A stretch of 29,155 nucleotides of DNA, taken from Macrostomum lignano (taxonomy: Eukaryota). Positions within the stretch are counted from its first letter, which is position 1. Every line of letters starts with the position of its first letter. The stretch is taken from contig NIVC01001298.1 in NCBI GenBank assembly GCA_002269645.1, positions 320,242 through 349,396 of the forward strand, read 5' to 3'. Of the stretch, positions 18,201 through 27,805 are shown one piece after another. Both the position numbers and the translations under genes were made by a program. Under the pieces are notes generated by a model. That model was not told the DNA's origin. It saw nothing but the letters and a program-made list of their open reading frames with translations, and made no database searches.

Positions 18201-20899
18201 CTACAGCCTGTGCTACAGAAACAGCAGGACTACTACAGCATGTGCTACAGAAACAGCAGGATTACTACAGCCTGTGCTACAGAAACAGCAGGACTACTAC
18301 AGCCTGTGCATACACTGTCAAGGTGATTCCCACCTGTTGCTCCGTGCTGGTGGTCGACGCCTCCACCCCAGCGGCCCTGAGGGCGCTCAGTTCGCCAAGC
18401 GCCGCGTCCAGACGCGCCTTCTTGGCCTCCAGGTCAGTCAGGCGGCGCGCCAGCCGCGCCTCCGGGTCCGCCGAGGCGCCAGCGGTGGACGAAGCGGCCG
18501 CCGATGTCACAGTTTCGCGCTCCTCCAGCTCCGAGTCCTCGCGCATCGGCGGCGGCGGCGGAGGCGGCTGGTCGTCATCCTCCTCTTCCTCGTCATCCTC
18601 GGCTTCGGCAGCAGCGGCCAGCCGGCCGGCCAGCTTGGCGCCGGCCTCGGCGCGCATCGTCTCACGCTGCCTGGCCAGATGCAGCTGGCGCCGCTGCTCC
18701 GCCTGCTCGCCCTGCATGGCGGCCACCGCCTGGCCCTGCTTGGCCCGCAGCCGCTCCTGGCGCAGCAGCATGTCGCGCAGGTTGTCCCGCTGCTCGCGGA
18801 GTTCGCCCAGCTCGCGCCGGCGGCTGCTCAGCGCCTCCTGAGCGTCGGCCTACAGGCACAGCAACAGGGAGTGGCGTGGTTCTGAAACTCTCAGCTTAAG
18901 CTTGATCAACAATAGTTATCACCGACCTGAGGCTGGTGTCACTGACCTCAGGCTGGTGTCACTGATCTCAGGTTTGGGAGTCACTGACCTCAGGTTTGGG
19001 AGTCACTGACCTCAGGTTTGGGAGTCACTGACCTCAGGTTTGGGAGTCACTGACCTCAGGTTTGGGAGTCACTGACCTCAGGCTGGTGTCACTGACCTCA
19101 GGTTTGGGAGTCACTGACCTCTTGTTGAGGTCACTGACCTATCACCTATCCAGGGTGCCCTGGACTCAGAGAGAAAAAGGGCTTAGGAAAGCTTTCATGA
19201 CCTTAAAAAGGTCCCCCAGACTTCAAGAGGCTCGTAAACCTCAGAAATACTTTTCAGACCCTTTTTAAGTCCAGAAAAGCCTTCCTGACTACATGGGGGG
19301 TTTCCAGGCAACAGGGGAGCTTTCATGATCTCAATGAGTTATAGCCCAGACCGGGCCAGACCTGCAAGGCCTGCCGCTCGGCCAGCAGTTTCCGCATCCG
19401 CTCCTGCTCGGACCGCAGCGCCGCCAGCTCTCGCTCGACGCTCTCGTCAACCGGTGCTTCGGAGCCGCCGGTCTCCTCGCCTTCGCCATCAAATTCGTCA
19501 TCATCATCGTCGCCGTCGTCTTCGGCGCCAGAGGCGGGCGGCGCTGCCACGGCGGCCTCCGGCACGTCGCCGCTGCCTGGAAGCAGACGGCCTAGCAAGC
19601 TGATGTACTCCTCCTCCTGGGCGGCCAGCTGCTGCATCAGGCTGTCCAGATTCCTACCCTGTTCGCCGCCAACGGAACGGCGCAGGGCCTGGGCCTGTGG
19701 GGAAGAGAAAGTTTTATTGTCTCGCGTTGCGATTCAAAATAAATTCAGAAGCAAATATACTTTTATTGCCATTTGAAGTAGGATAGTTGAAAGTTTACTT
19801 ATTTAAGTTATCATTTTTATCTAACAAATTGCTACTGCTGCTACTGTCAGTAGAGTAGTGAGAAAAAACTGTAAAATAGAGCTAAAAAATTCTGCTTTGG
19901 CTGCGGCTTGACTCGATGGCGTGGTTTAAAAGCGATTCCCAACATTTATTTTCGCTACCTAAAGTAGGGTAGTCAACGTTTGTCTAAAGTTCCAGGCGGC
20001 ATCAATAAAAAAAGAAATTTTAGTAGGCTCACACACAGATAGTGATTCATCATGCAGACTCTCACACCGGCAGTGACTCATTATGCAGACTCTCACACCG
20101 GCAGTGACTCATTATGCAGACTCACACTAGCAGTGACTCATATAGATTCTCACACTAGCAGTGACTCATATAGATTCTCACACTAGCAGTGACTCACTAT
20201 GCAGACTCTCACACTCACTATGCAGACTCACACTAGCAGACTCATATAGATTCTCACACTAGCAGTGACTCACTATGCAGACTCTCACACTCACTATGCA
20301 GACTCACACTAGCAGACTCATATAGATTCTCACACTAGCAGTGACTCACTATGCAGACTCTCACACTCACTATGCAGACTCACACTAGCAGACTCATATA
20401 GATTCTCACACTAGCAGTGACTCACTATGCAGACTCTCACACTCACTATGCAGACTCACACTAGCAGACTCATATAGATTCTCACACTAGCAGTGACTCA
20501 CTATGCAGACTCTCACAGTCACTATGCAGACTCACACTAGCAGTGACTCATTATTCAGACTCACACTAGCAGTGACTCACTATGCAGACTCACACTAGGA
20601 GTGACTCATTATATAGATTCTCACACTAGCAGTGACTCACTATGCAGACTCTCACACTCACTATGTAGACTTACACTAGCAGTGACTTGAACCCCAGCAA
20701 AGAAAGTTCAACAGGCCACAAAAAGCGAGAAAATTCGCACCTGTCGCTGATAATCCCGAATCTGCAGCAGCTTGGCAACCAGCTCGTTCACATCCCGGCC
20801 ACTGCCAATTGCAACGCGGTCCCCAGCTGGCCGCCTCTGGCCGTCACCAGCGCCGCCTGGGCCCTGTGGCTGTCTGGAGTTGGCGCTGCTCTGAGACAT
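11966..20899 (-). CDS. PCM1: Pericentriolar material 1 (centriolar satellite scaffold); exons 20741-20899, 19362-19694, 18334-18849, 17837-18014, 15520-17302, 14264-14632, 13247-13582, 12508-12919, 11966-12298; 4419 nt, 1472 aa
   Basis: Recognisable PCM1 blocks: LVAKLLQIRDY, EKLRSVRDRLSGIRQLVSYYQ, ATWGGST, SIYSEVAALISQNEARPHYLVELFRELQLLSTDFLRQRAL, LGDTVVHLD, LDAQIKAVV..IP, EDLLVDLSETLFNELAF. All 8 introns GT-AG with matching phases (0,0,0,1,2,2,2,0). Further upstream exons cannot be excluded. Confidence 0.93.
12508..12919 (-). CDS. PCM1: PCM1 exon 8 (C-terminal domain, acidic tract)
   Basis: cctttcAG|A TAC and GGG|GTGAGG; YQGRRLTDCLEDLLVDLSETLFNELAF. Confidence 0.9.
12953..13226. repeat. 29-bp minisatellite CTGGACCAATCAGAGAAC(A/T)GCAGGCTATT
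   Basis: Period 29; fills PCM1 intron 7. Confidence 0.95.
13247..13582 (-). CDS. PCM1: PCM1 exon 7
   Basis: ctcccgcAG|A GCC and AA|GTGAGT; RLDAQIKAVVHHLIP..FSRQLTSLVTDALAK. Confidence 0.9.
13835..14215. repeat. 36-bp minisatellite CCCTCACCTGCAAAACTCCCTAATGA(A/G)ATCCCAGAT, 10 units
   Basis: Within PCM1 intron 6 (13583-14263). Confidence 0.95.
14264..14632 (-). CDS. PCM1: PCM1 exon 6
   Basis: cacggcAG|G CAG and GAC AG|GTGAGG; ends LFARDSLGDTVVHLD. Confidence 0.87.
14700..15381. repeat. ~21-bp minisatellite TGAGTTAGTTGCTATGCATTC
   Basis: Fills PCM1 intron 5; more degenerate at the left end. Confidence 0.95.
15520..17302 (-). CDS. PCM1: PCM1 exon 5 (1783 nt)
   Basis: gtccgcAG|AC TCT and AGC AG|GTGCGG; coiled coils, ATWGGST, start of the conserved C-terminal domain. 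Confidence 0.92.
17370..17800. repeat. Two adjacent minisatellites: 21-bp GGGATCCGGGCCGGTGAGACT (~17370-17560) and 20-bp GTCAGTGAGATTTGGGATCT (~17562-17800)
   Basis: Fill PCM1 intron 4. Confidence 0.93.
17837..18014 (-). CDS. PCM1: PCM1 exon 4
   Basis: tgccgcAG|GCG and GGT G|GTCAGT (an in-phase alternative donor lies 3 nt upstream); AQLEKLRSVRDRLSGIRQLVSYYQE. Confidence 0.87.
18178..18308. repeat. 32-bp minisatellite TGCTACAGAAACAGCAGGACTACTACAGCCTG, 4 copies
   Basis: PCM1 intron 3. Confidence 0.92.
18334..18849 (-). CDS. PCM1: PCM1 exon 3
   Basis: gtgcctgtAG|GCC and CAG|GTGGGA; 516 nt, coiled coil. Confidence 0.87.
18922..19140. repeat. 22-bp minisatellite GTCACTGACCTCAGGTTTGGGA
   Basis: PCM1 intron 2; period 22. 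Confidence 0.93.
19362..19694 (-). CDS. PCM1: PCM1 exon 2
   Basis: ctcttccccacAG|GCC and CAG|GTCTGG; LDSLMQQLAAQEEEYISLL. Confidence 0.88.
20040..20686. repeat. Complex minisatellite (CACTAGCAGTGACTCACTATGCAGACTCTCA family) with a 76-bp higher-order unit
   Basis: 76-bp period seen from 20181 (next copy 20257); PCM1 intron 1. Confidence 0.92.
20741..20899 (-). CDS. PCM1: PCM1 first identifiable coding exon
   Basis: ATG at 20899; DVNELVAKLLQIRDYQRQ|GTGCGA. Confidence 0.8.
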
Positions 20900-21434
20900 G
20901 AGTAGCTGTGAGCTGAGCAGCTGTGAGCTGTGGGATAGAGCAGGGTTACTCGTACTATAATTTAAAAATGTCTGTAAGCATCAAAATCACTCTGATAAGG
21001 TATCAGCTTGCCCTACATTATCATAATTTCTATATATCAAGTGAATTGCACTTTTTCTTTAATTACTTTTACCAATTTGGCCCCATTTAGTATATGCAAG
21101 TCATTAAAGTCAATATTTTATACTATAAAAGCTTCAAGAAGTTAAGCAAAGTAGAATACCTTTCTTATCTATAATTATTATCATCCATTTTCATCCTTCT
21201 TTTTAAATGCCTAATACAGCAATCCTTTTATTTGATTTTCGTTATTTACTGAATAATACCATTGCTACTTGTAATTCTATGTAAAAATTGAGATAAATAT
21301 GCAACAAGTGTATTTATTTTGTGCTAGGCTACTTGCTTTATGTAATGAATAAATATCTATATATAGTATAGGTCAGGCTACAATAAAAGCTAAAGCCAAA
21401 GGAAATGATTATAATAAAATAAAATTAACAATTT

Positions 21435-22009
21435 GGCTATCCTGCAGAATGGTCTGTTAAATTCACTGTATGTATATTTTTTATCTATTGACATGAAACT
21501 TGCCAAAAATGAATACTTTCATTATGCCAACATTTTAGAAGTGTTTCAGTATTAAAATTCTATTTGTGGGGGTTGTAATTTAAATTCTTGGTTTCTTGGC
21601 AATTTCTTGGTTTTTTCTGGATTTTTCCAAAATTTAACAACTATTAACAATTAGGCCTATGCAATTTTGAATTTATGCACTGATGTCACTGGCAAAAATT
21701 ATGTCTATGACCAAAATTAGTTATGAACTCTGGGGCTTTAAGGAGAGGGACGCTGCTAAGCTACAAATACTGCAAATAAAGTGCTTTCTACTTAAAAATG
21801 GCTGGTAAACAACCTTCTACCCTAACATAGATTATGCCATCTCAAGAGGTTCATCTAGGTCTAGCCTTTGAACTAACAAATATGGACACTTCTAAACATT
21901 TCTAAAATGTTGGCATACCTAATGAAAACATTCATTTTTGGAAAGTTTCATGTCAATAGTTAAAAAATATACATTCAGTGAATTTAATAAATGATTCTGC
22001 AGGATAGCC
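21435..22009. mobile_element. MITE / non-autonomous DNA transposon, ~575 bp, ~110-bp imperfect TIRs
   Basis: GGCTATCCTGCAGAAT..TTAAATTCACTG..CTATTGACATGAAACTT..CCAAAAATGAAT..ATGCCAACATTTTAGAA is mirrored at ~21885-22009. Flanks AACAATTT / AACAATTC (7/8 TSD). No ORF. Confidence 0.85.
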
Positions 22010-25000
22010 AACAATTCCAATATAATATCTTATAGCATCTGTTTCCCTAATTACTACCAATAGAAAATGAATGAAATATATAGAACTAGGCTTATTATCA
22101 TCTATTTAGACATAGAGCTATAGCTAGGCGCCTATCTTGGTATCTGGCCATTTTGGTCATGCGCCTTTCATTTTACCTTTTTATCTCTTGTCTTTCTTTT
22201 ATATTTCTTATTCCCATTGTGTTTAAAGCCCAGAAAAACAGAAACAAATAAAACAAACAAAAAACTGTTGGTTTAGACTGACATCATGCAAATAAGGTTT
22301 TTCACTTATGTTATTATCCCATAAGCCCTTGAAAAATTTGGCTATTAATTTGGATTTAAAGGGTTACTAATCCCTATAGGTTTAATAACCTAGGCAGATG
22401 CAATAGAGCTAGAATTCATGAGGGCAAGATAGCTAGTTAGGCAATTGCCTGCCTAATAATTTAATTGTTTAGAGAGCTATGAGCATTGCCTTCCCAAAAT
22501 TTCAATGACATCAATGAAATTATATCAGAGCATTTGGTCTATGTCTATATTTGTTGTTTTGCCATTTGGCTTCTATATCCAAAAAATCAAATTTTGCCTT
22601 GGTGTTACCATTGCGTGGCATGCCTGAACCTAGACTAGGCCTAGGCCTAGATATAATTATGGAAAACAATTTCACTGCCACATATTGATCATTTTTATTT
22701 TAATTGCACAAGTATGAAATCTTGACTTGTTCAAATTTGAATAGGGGAGGGGCTACATGAAATTGTAATAGGCCTAGGCCTTACCCCAATTTGCCCAGGC
22801 TCACGGACTCCTACCTAAGCTACTGGCTATTTATTATTAGAGGCAGGGGGTTGTGTGCACCCTGGCACACTTTAAGCGACATCAACATACAACCGGCGAG
22901 AGGCAATACTGCCCACTCCACTGACTCCCCTGAGCAGGCATAGGCCTATAGCTAGTATAGGCTATAAGCGCGCGGATATGTACGCAGGCACACACTCACA
23001 CAGGAGTGTACAGCGGCCCTAACTTTATTTTATCATTAGGCATGTACACTTCACTGTGCCTTGGGGGTTGGCTCTCAAGGCTCTCAAGCTACGGCCCCCC
23101 TAAGCCACTGGCTAACACACTAAGCGGCGCGGTAATGTCAAGTTTCCCGCGTTTATACGCCTCCTAGCTCCTAAAATAAAAGGCACAATTACAATTATGT
23201 GCATTACTTGTACTACTCTGTACAGACTTTATAGTCACAATTCGAAAAAAAGAAAAACAACCTGAATTTTGAAAATGTATTCACTGGTAATATAATGATG
23301 AATTTTTATTTAATATAATATATTGAATACGATCGTAACAGAAAAATCTGACAGTTCCCACCAGAAATTCCCACGGAGGGAGGGACGGCCACCTGGTTGA
23401 CATAAAATTGTTCTTTTGAAAGAAGTACAAAATGCTAAAATCTACAAATTGAGCTGATTAAAAGTCTAGATTTACTTTTTCAAATGTACATTCATGACAT
23501 ATCAACTTATATAGTTTCAATGTATAAGTCGATTTGTTTTTTTATTGATTTTTTTTTGTTTAAACTTTTTACATTCACTTTTAAAAATACAATTTGGCTA
23601 TTATTGGTTTTGAAATTAAAATGCTCGCTTAAAACAACCGGATTTTTCTTCATAATCATAAGTCACCATAAGGTTACCTTCTTCTCACAAGCAAAACTTC
23701 TCCAAAAATATTTTCTTCGAAAAGCGCTAGAAAATGCATGCAGTTGGTTAGTTATCTTGCTACGAATTGAAAAACTCTCAGATTATTATTATTGCCGATA
23801 CTACACAGTCTTTTGATTCGGCATCTGCATCTCCTACACCTAGCTTATACCCTGACATGAACTTAGGTCATTGAACTCACAGATGATATGTTTGAAAGCT
23901 TTCCTTGCAACCCATTATTTTATTCATATGGGTCTACAAAGAATGATTTCAGCAGCTGATGTTGTAATTTAGTATGTGTTCAAGCCCAAGCGTTCCTATG
24001 CGTTCTATTGTAGCTCGTATTCTATGTCCTAAATTCCCGCGTTGCCGATGTCCACTTGCTGTAATACCAGCCTCGCCTCATTTTCAAATAGAAAAGCTTT
24101 TGCCCGGCTATATGATGTAGCCATCTGCGAAAAACATACGTTAATAGGCTTTCCTGCACAGTTAGTGCATCCTATCGGTCACAACAGTTGTCTAATACAG
24201 ATTAAACCTGATCCTAAGCTTAGGCCGCAGAATTTTTCGAAAAATTTTTGAACAGCGGAACTGATCGCTGGCTGCTGCATAGGAACGCCAATTGGCTGCG
24301 TAACCCACATATGTCAGTTTCCAAATCAGGGTCATATATTTACATCACCCGCGGCCCCTATCCTATACGCACTGATAATAAAATTATGCTTAATTTGTAT
24401 TAAACGTTATGCGTTAAAGTAGTTTGCTTTCAAACATTACTTTCACTGGGATCCTCGGTGCGATTACTAAGTAATTTTCAAGAATATACCAATTCTTTTT
24501 TCAAGCAGCTTGTGGGGCTGAGCAGGCCAGAGTCCGACCCCCCCCCCCCAAGGCCAAAGTCACCAGCGGGTTTGAATTCTTGCGAGGCCCACATTACCTG
24601 GGCGCTCGTTCACAAAATTTTGCCTAAGGCTTGGGCGATTCTTAACAAGACGTAGAAGGGCCAAGCAAAGGCATTCCTGCAACGAGAAAGTCAAGGCTGC
24701 TGCATGTACACCATGTGTAAGCGCGTACTCGCGTAGTACGCATCCGCTCAGGGGTCAGCGGAATGGTCGCTTGCCTCATCGCGGCTTTGCTATCTACAGT
24801 CTTTATCCATATGCTCAAGCAGCAAAGGTACATCTAGGCATTTACGTTAGGTGTCATGCATGAGAAGTTGAGTCGAGTTGAACATTCGGGCACAGACTTT
24901 GAGCTTTGATTATAAGACACCCTAATTTCTTAGCCTTCAGCAAAACTCTTGCTCCTCGCGTGCAAGTTCAGTCGAGTTGATGTGAAAAAACTCACTAAGA

Positions 25001-25418
25001 TAAACAAAAGTCTGGACCGGCGCCACAGTCGTGCCCCTGCAGCTCAGTGAAGCCTCAGCGCTTTCTTGATTGCCTTAAGCAGCCTTTTTATCGCTGGATG
25101 GAGCGGAGCCCCCGCCCTCTTAATTGTTGACACACGCGGATCGCCTGGGTCAACGCGCAGCACTCGGGGCACTCAGCTGGAACGGTCTTTCACACTGCGA
25201 AGCCCGCTCCGAGCTGACAGGCGAGTCGCTAAGTCCCTCTCCTGGCCCATATTGTTCTTGTGGTCAAGTAGCCTCTAAATTTCTTACTTTGAATGCTGAG
25301 AATTTCTCCGCTGCGCAAGATATTTAAAAAATGGAGGAGGGTTGAAAACTGAGCTGACCCACACGGCCGGTAAACTCTTCAACTTGAGCAGCTCTCGCTG
25401 TCTCCGCTAGGGCCAAGC

Positions 25419-27493
25419 ATGCCAGCCATTCCCAGGCAAAGGCGCTACGATCAGGTGATGGGCGATCGAGAGCCCAAAATCACCGACAAGCGTTTCGCGC
25501 AGGAGCTGCAGCAGAAGCTGGAAGATAAGCAAAGAGTGAGCGGTTTTCTTGCCTGTTTGAGTCTGTCCGAGTACAGCTTCTCTTTCATGTTCATGAAAAC
25601 GTCACGTCAGAGATATCGGTATTCTGATCTTCAATCAGGTCCACTAGACCATCCACTAGGTCACTCGAACATCCACTAGGTCACTCGACCATCCACTAGG
25701 TGACTCGACCATCCACTAGGTCACTCGACCATCCACTAGGTCACTTGTTCATCCACTAGGTCACTCGACCATCCACTAGGTCACTCGACCATCCACTAGG
25801 TCACTTGTTCATCCACTAGGTGACTTGACCATCCACTGGTCACTTGACCTTCCACCAGATGAATATAGACCCCAATCAGACTCAATTACTGACCAGTGCT
25901 CCAACAAAACCCCATCAAGATGATGCAGCAGCAGAAGGAGCGCCGCCTGGCCGAGGCTGAGTCCCGCCGGGTCCGCAAGCTGGTGCTGGATGGCGTCATC
26001 GAGCCGGGCGAGGCCAAAGGCGCAGCTGCAGCCGGCGAGGGCCGCCGCGGCCGGGACGCCGAATGGAAGGAGTTCTGGCCGCCGAATCCGTACAAGACGG
26101 TGAGGCTCCGCAAAGAATCCTTTCTTTTAATTTGTGGCTCAGTTCAGGAAAGTCTCAAGAACACCTGGGAAGCAGATGTTCAGTGCGGCATGCAGATACC
26201 AAGCCATATGTGATTGGCACCTGAATTTCAATAATCCATTCCGAGTGGACAGCAAAGTTTAGCTGCAGTTTCGGAAAGCTGAAAATGTCCTGCAAGCGGC
26301 CACCAGTGCAACTCATGCAGCTTCCCTCTCACATTAGCTGTCCATGAATCGGCTCAAAGCATAAATGCACCCACCAACCCTGCCGCCCTCAGCTGGCTGA
26401 GTACGAAGAGGAGAAAAAGCGGAAGGCGGACGAGGCCGGGCGGCAGCCGCACTCGGAGCCGGCGGAGACTCAGAAGGTGAGGCGTCGGACTGTCTTGCAG
26501 TTTGCGTGCAGCTCATTTGCCAACGCTCTTTGCCCGATTTGACGCCACTAGGCGTTGGGGGCCACTAGGGTTGGCGCCACTAGGGCTGGTGTAACGAGGG
26601 CTTGCGCCTCTAGGGTTGGCGCCACTAGGGTTGGCGCCACTAGGGCTGGCGCCACTAGGGCTGGTGTCACGAGGGCTGGCGCCTCTAGGGTTGGCGCCAC
26701 TAGGGTTGGCGCCACTAGGGCTGGCGCCACTAGGGTTGGCGCCACTAGGGCTGGCGCCACTAGGGCTGGTGTCACTAGGGTTGGCGCCACTTGGGTTGAT
26801 GTCACTAGAGCTGGTGTCCCTAGGGCTGTCGTCCATGTTTTGGAGACACTAGGGCTGCCGTCCCATGTTTTGGAGACACTAGGGCTGCCGTCCCATGTTT
26901 TGGAGACACTAGGGCTGCCGTCCCATGTTTTGGAGACACTAGGGCTGCCGTCCCATGTTTTGGAGACACTAGGGCTGTCGTCCCATGTTTTGGAGACACT
27001 AGGGCTGTCGTCCCTTGTTTTGGCGCCACTAGGGCTGCCGTCCGTTGTTTTGGAGACACTAGGGCTGCCGTCCGAATTGTTTTGGAGACACTAGGGCTGC
27101 CGTCCCATGTTTTGGCGCCACTAGGGCTGGCTCGAAGATTCAAAACAACGAAATCGCAAGGTTTCGAGCTGGTGGAAATGATGTGCAATTTCTGATGAGC
27201 CTTTTTAAATTGCCGGGGTGTCAACTCAGTGCCCGCCTGCTCCATTCCAGCTCGCAGAGTCCGAGCCGGCCACCGAGGAAGCCCAGGCCACTTCGGCAGC
27301 CGCCACCGCGGGCGAGCACCGAGCAGCGGAGTCGGCCGCGCCCGCTGGCCGCTACGAGGGCACCCAGTCGCCGCGCATCGAGGAGCTGATGCGCGAGGAG
27401 GACCTCGACCAGCTGTACAGCAAGGCCTCGCAAATCGTGTACATCATGACGCCGCCAGCGAAAAGGCAGCAGGCCGCCAAGTTGCACCGCTGA
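25419..27493 (+). CDS. Gene of unknown function, ~215 aa, charged/coiled-coil; exons 25419-25535, 25897-26099, 26393-26476, 27251-27493
   Basis: GC-rich coding-like exons with GT-AG sites (AGA|GTGAGC, ACG|GTGAGG, AAG|GTGAGG; ccctcAG, ttccAG). The exon 1/2 phase is off by one, fixed if accAG|TG is really accAG|GTG. Confidence 0.72.
25638..25856. repeat. 20-bp minisatellite CATCCACTAGGTCACTCGAC
   Basis: Intron 1 of the unknown gene. Confidence 0.93.
26544..27128. repeat. 15-bp array CCACTAGGG(T/C)TGGCG (~26544-26830) grading into a 30-bp array GAGACACTAGGGCTGCCGTCCCATGTTTTG
   Basis: Intron 3 of the unknown gene; both share CACTAGGGCTG. Confidence 0.93.
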
Positions 27494-27805
27494 AGCAGCC
27501 ATTCAGGAGATGGGACAATGAAAACAGACTCTCAACACTTGCTGCATGTGCACCATTGTCAACGTCTGTAACCGTATTTTCACACCCAATCAAATATTTT
27601 CTCAACCACTGAGAAATCTGCAAGTTTCTCCCGTTTGTCATCTCGTCACTGCAGACAGAATCAGCACTCGCTATAAGATTGGGAGTTTTCCATGTTTAGC
27701 CCAAAACATTGGCGATATCTCACCTCCCGGATTTCCAACTTGCAAATGAAGCACGTTCAAAGCACGTGTGTTTTCAAGCTGAAGTGATAAAGAAAGTTCT
27801 AGCGA

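Noticed and set aside
20040-20686. T7 promoter or vector contamination (GACTCACTAT)
   Set aside because: Only a 10-nt core without TAATAC, embedded in a diverged tandem array inside an intron
22814-23114. Repeated CTAAGC(T/C)ACTGGCTA as transposon ends
   Set aside because: The two copies are direct rather than inverted, and I found no matching opposite terminus or TSD
23484-23816. 110-aa hydrophobic ORF (also 28545-28853 and 5227-5585)
   Set aside because: AT-rich composition unlike the GC-rich codon usage of real exons here; no motifs or splice support
24722-24740. Hairpin GCGTACT-CGCGT-AGTACGC as a Helitron 3' end
   Set aside because: No CTRR terminus at the expected distance and no 5' TC/A-T junction identified
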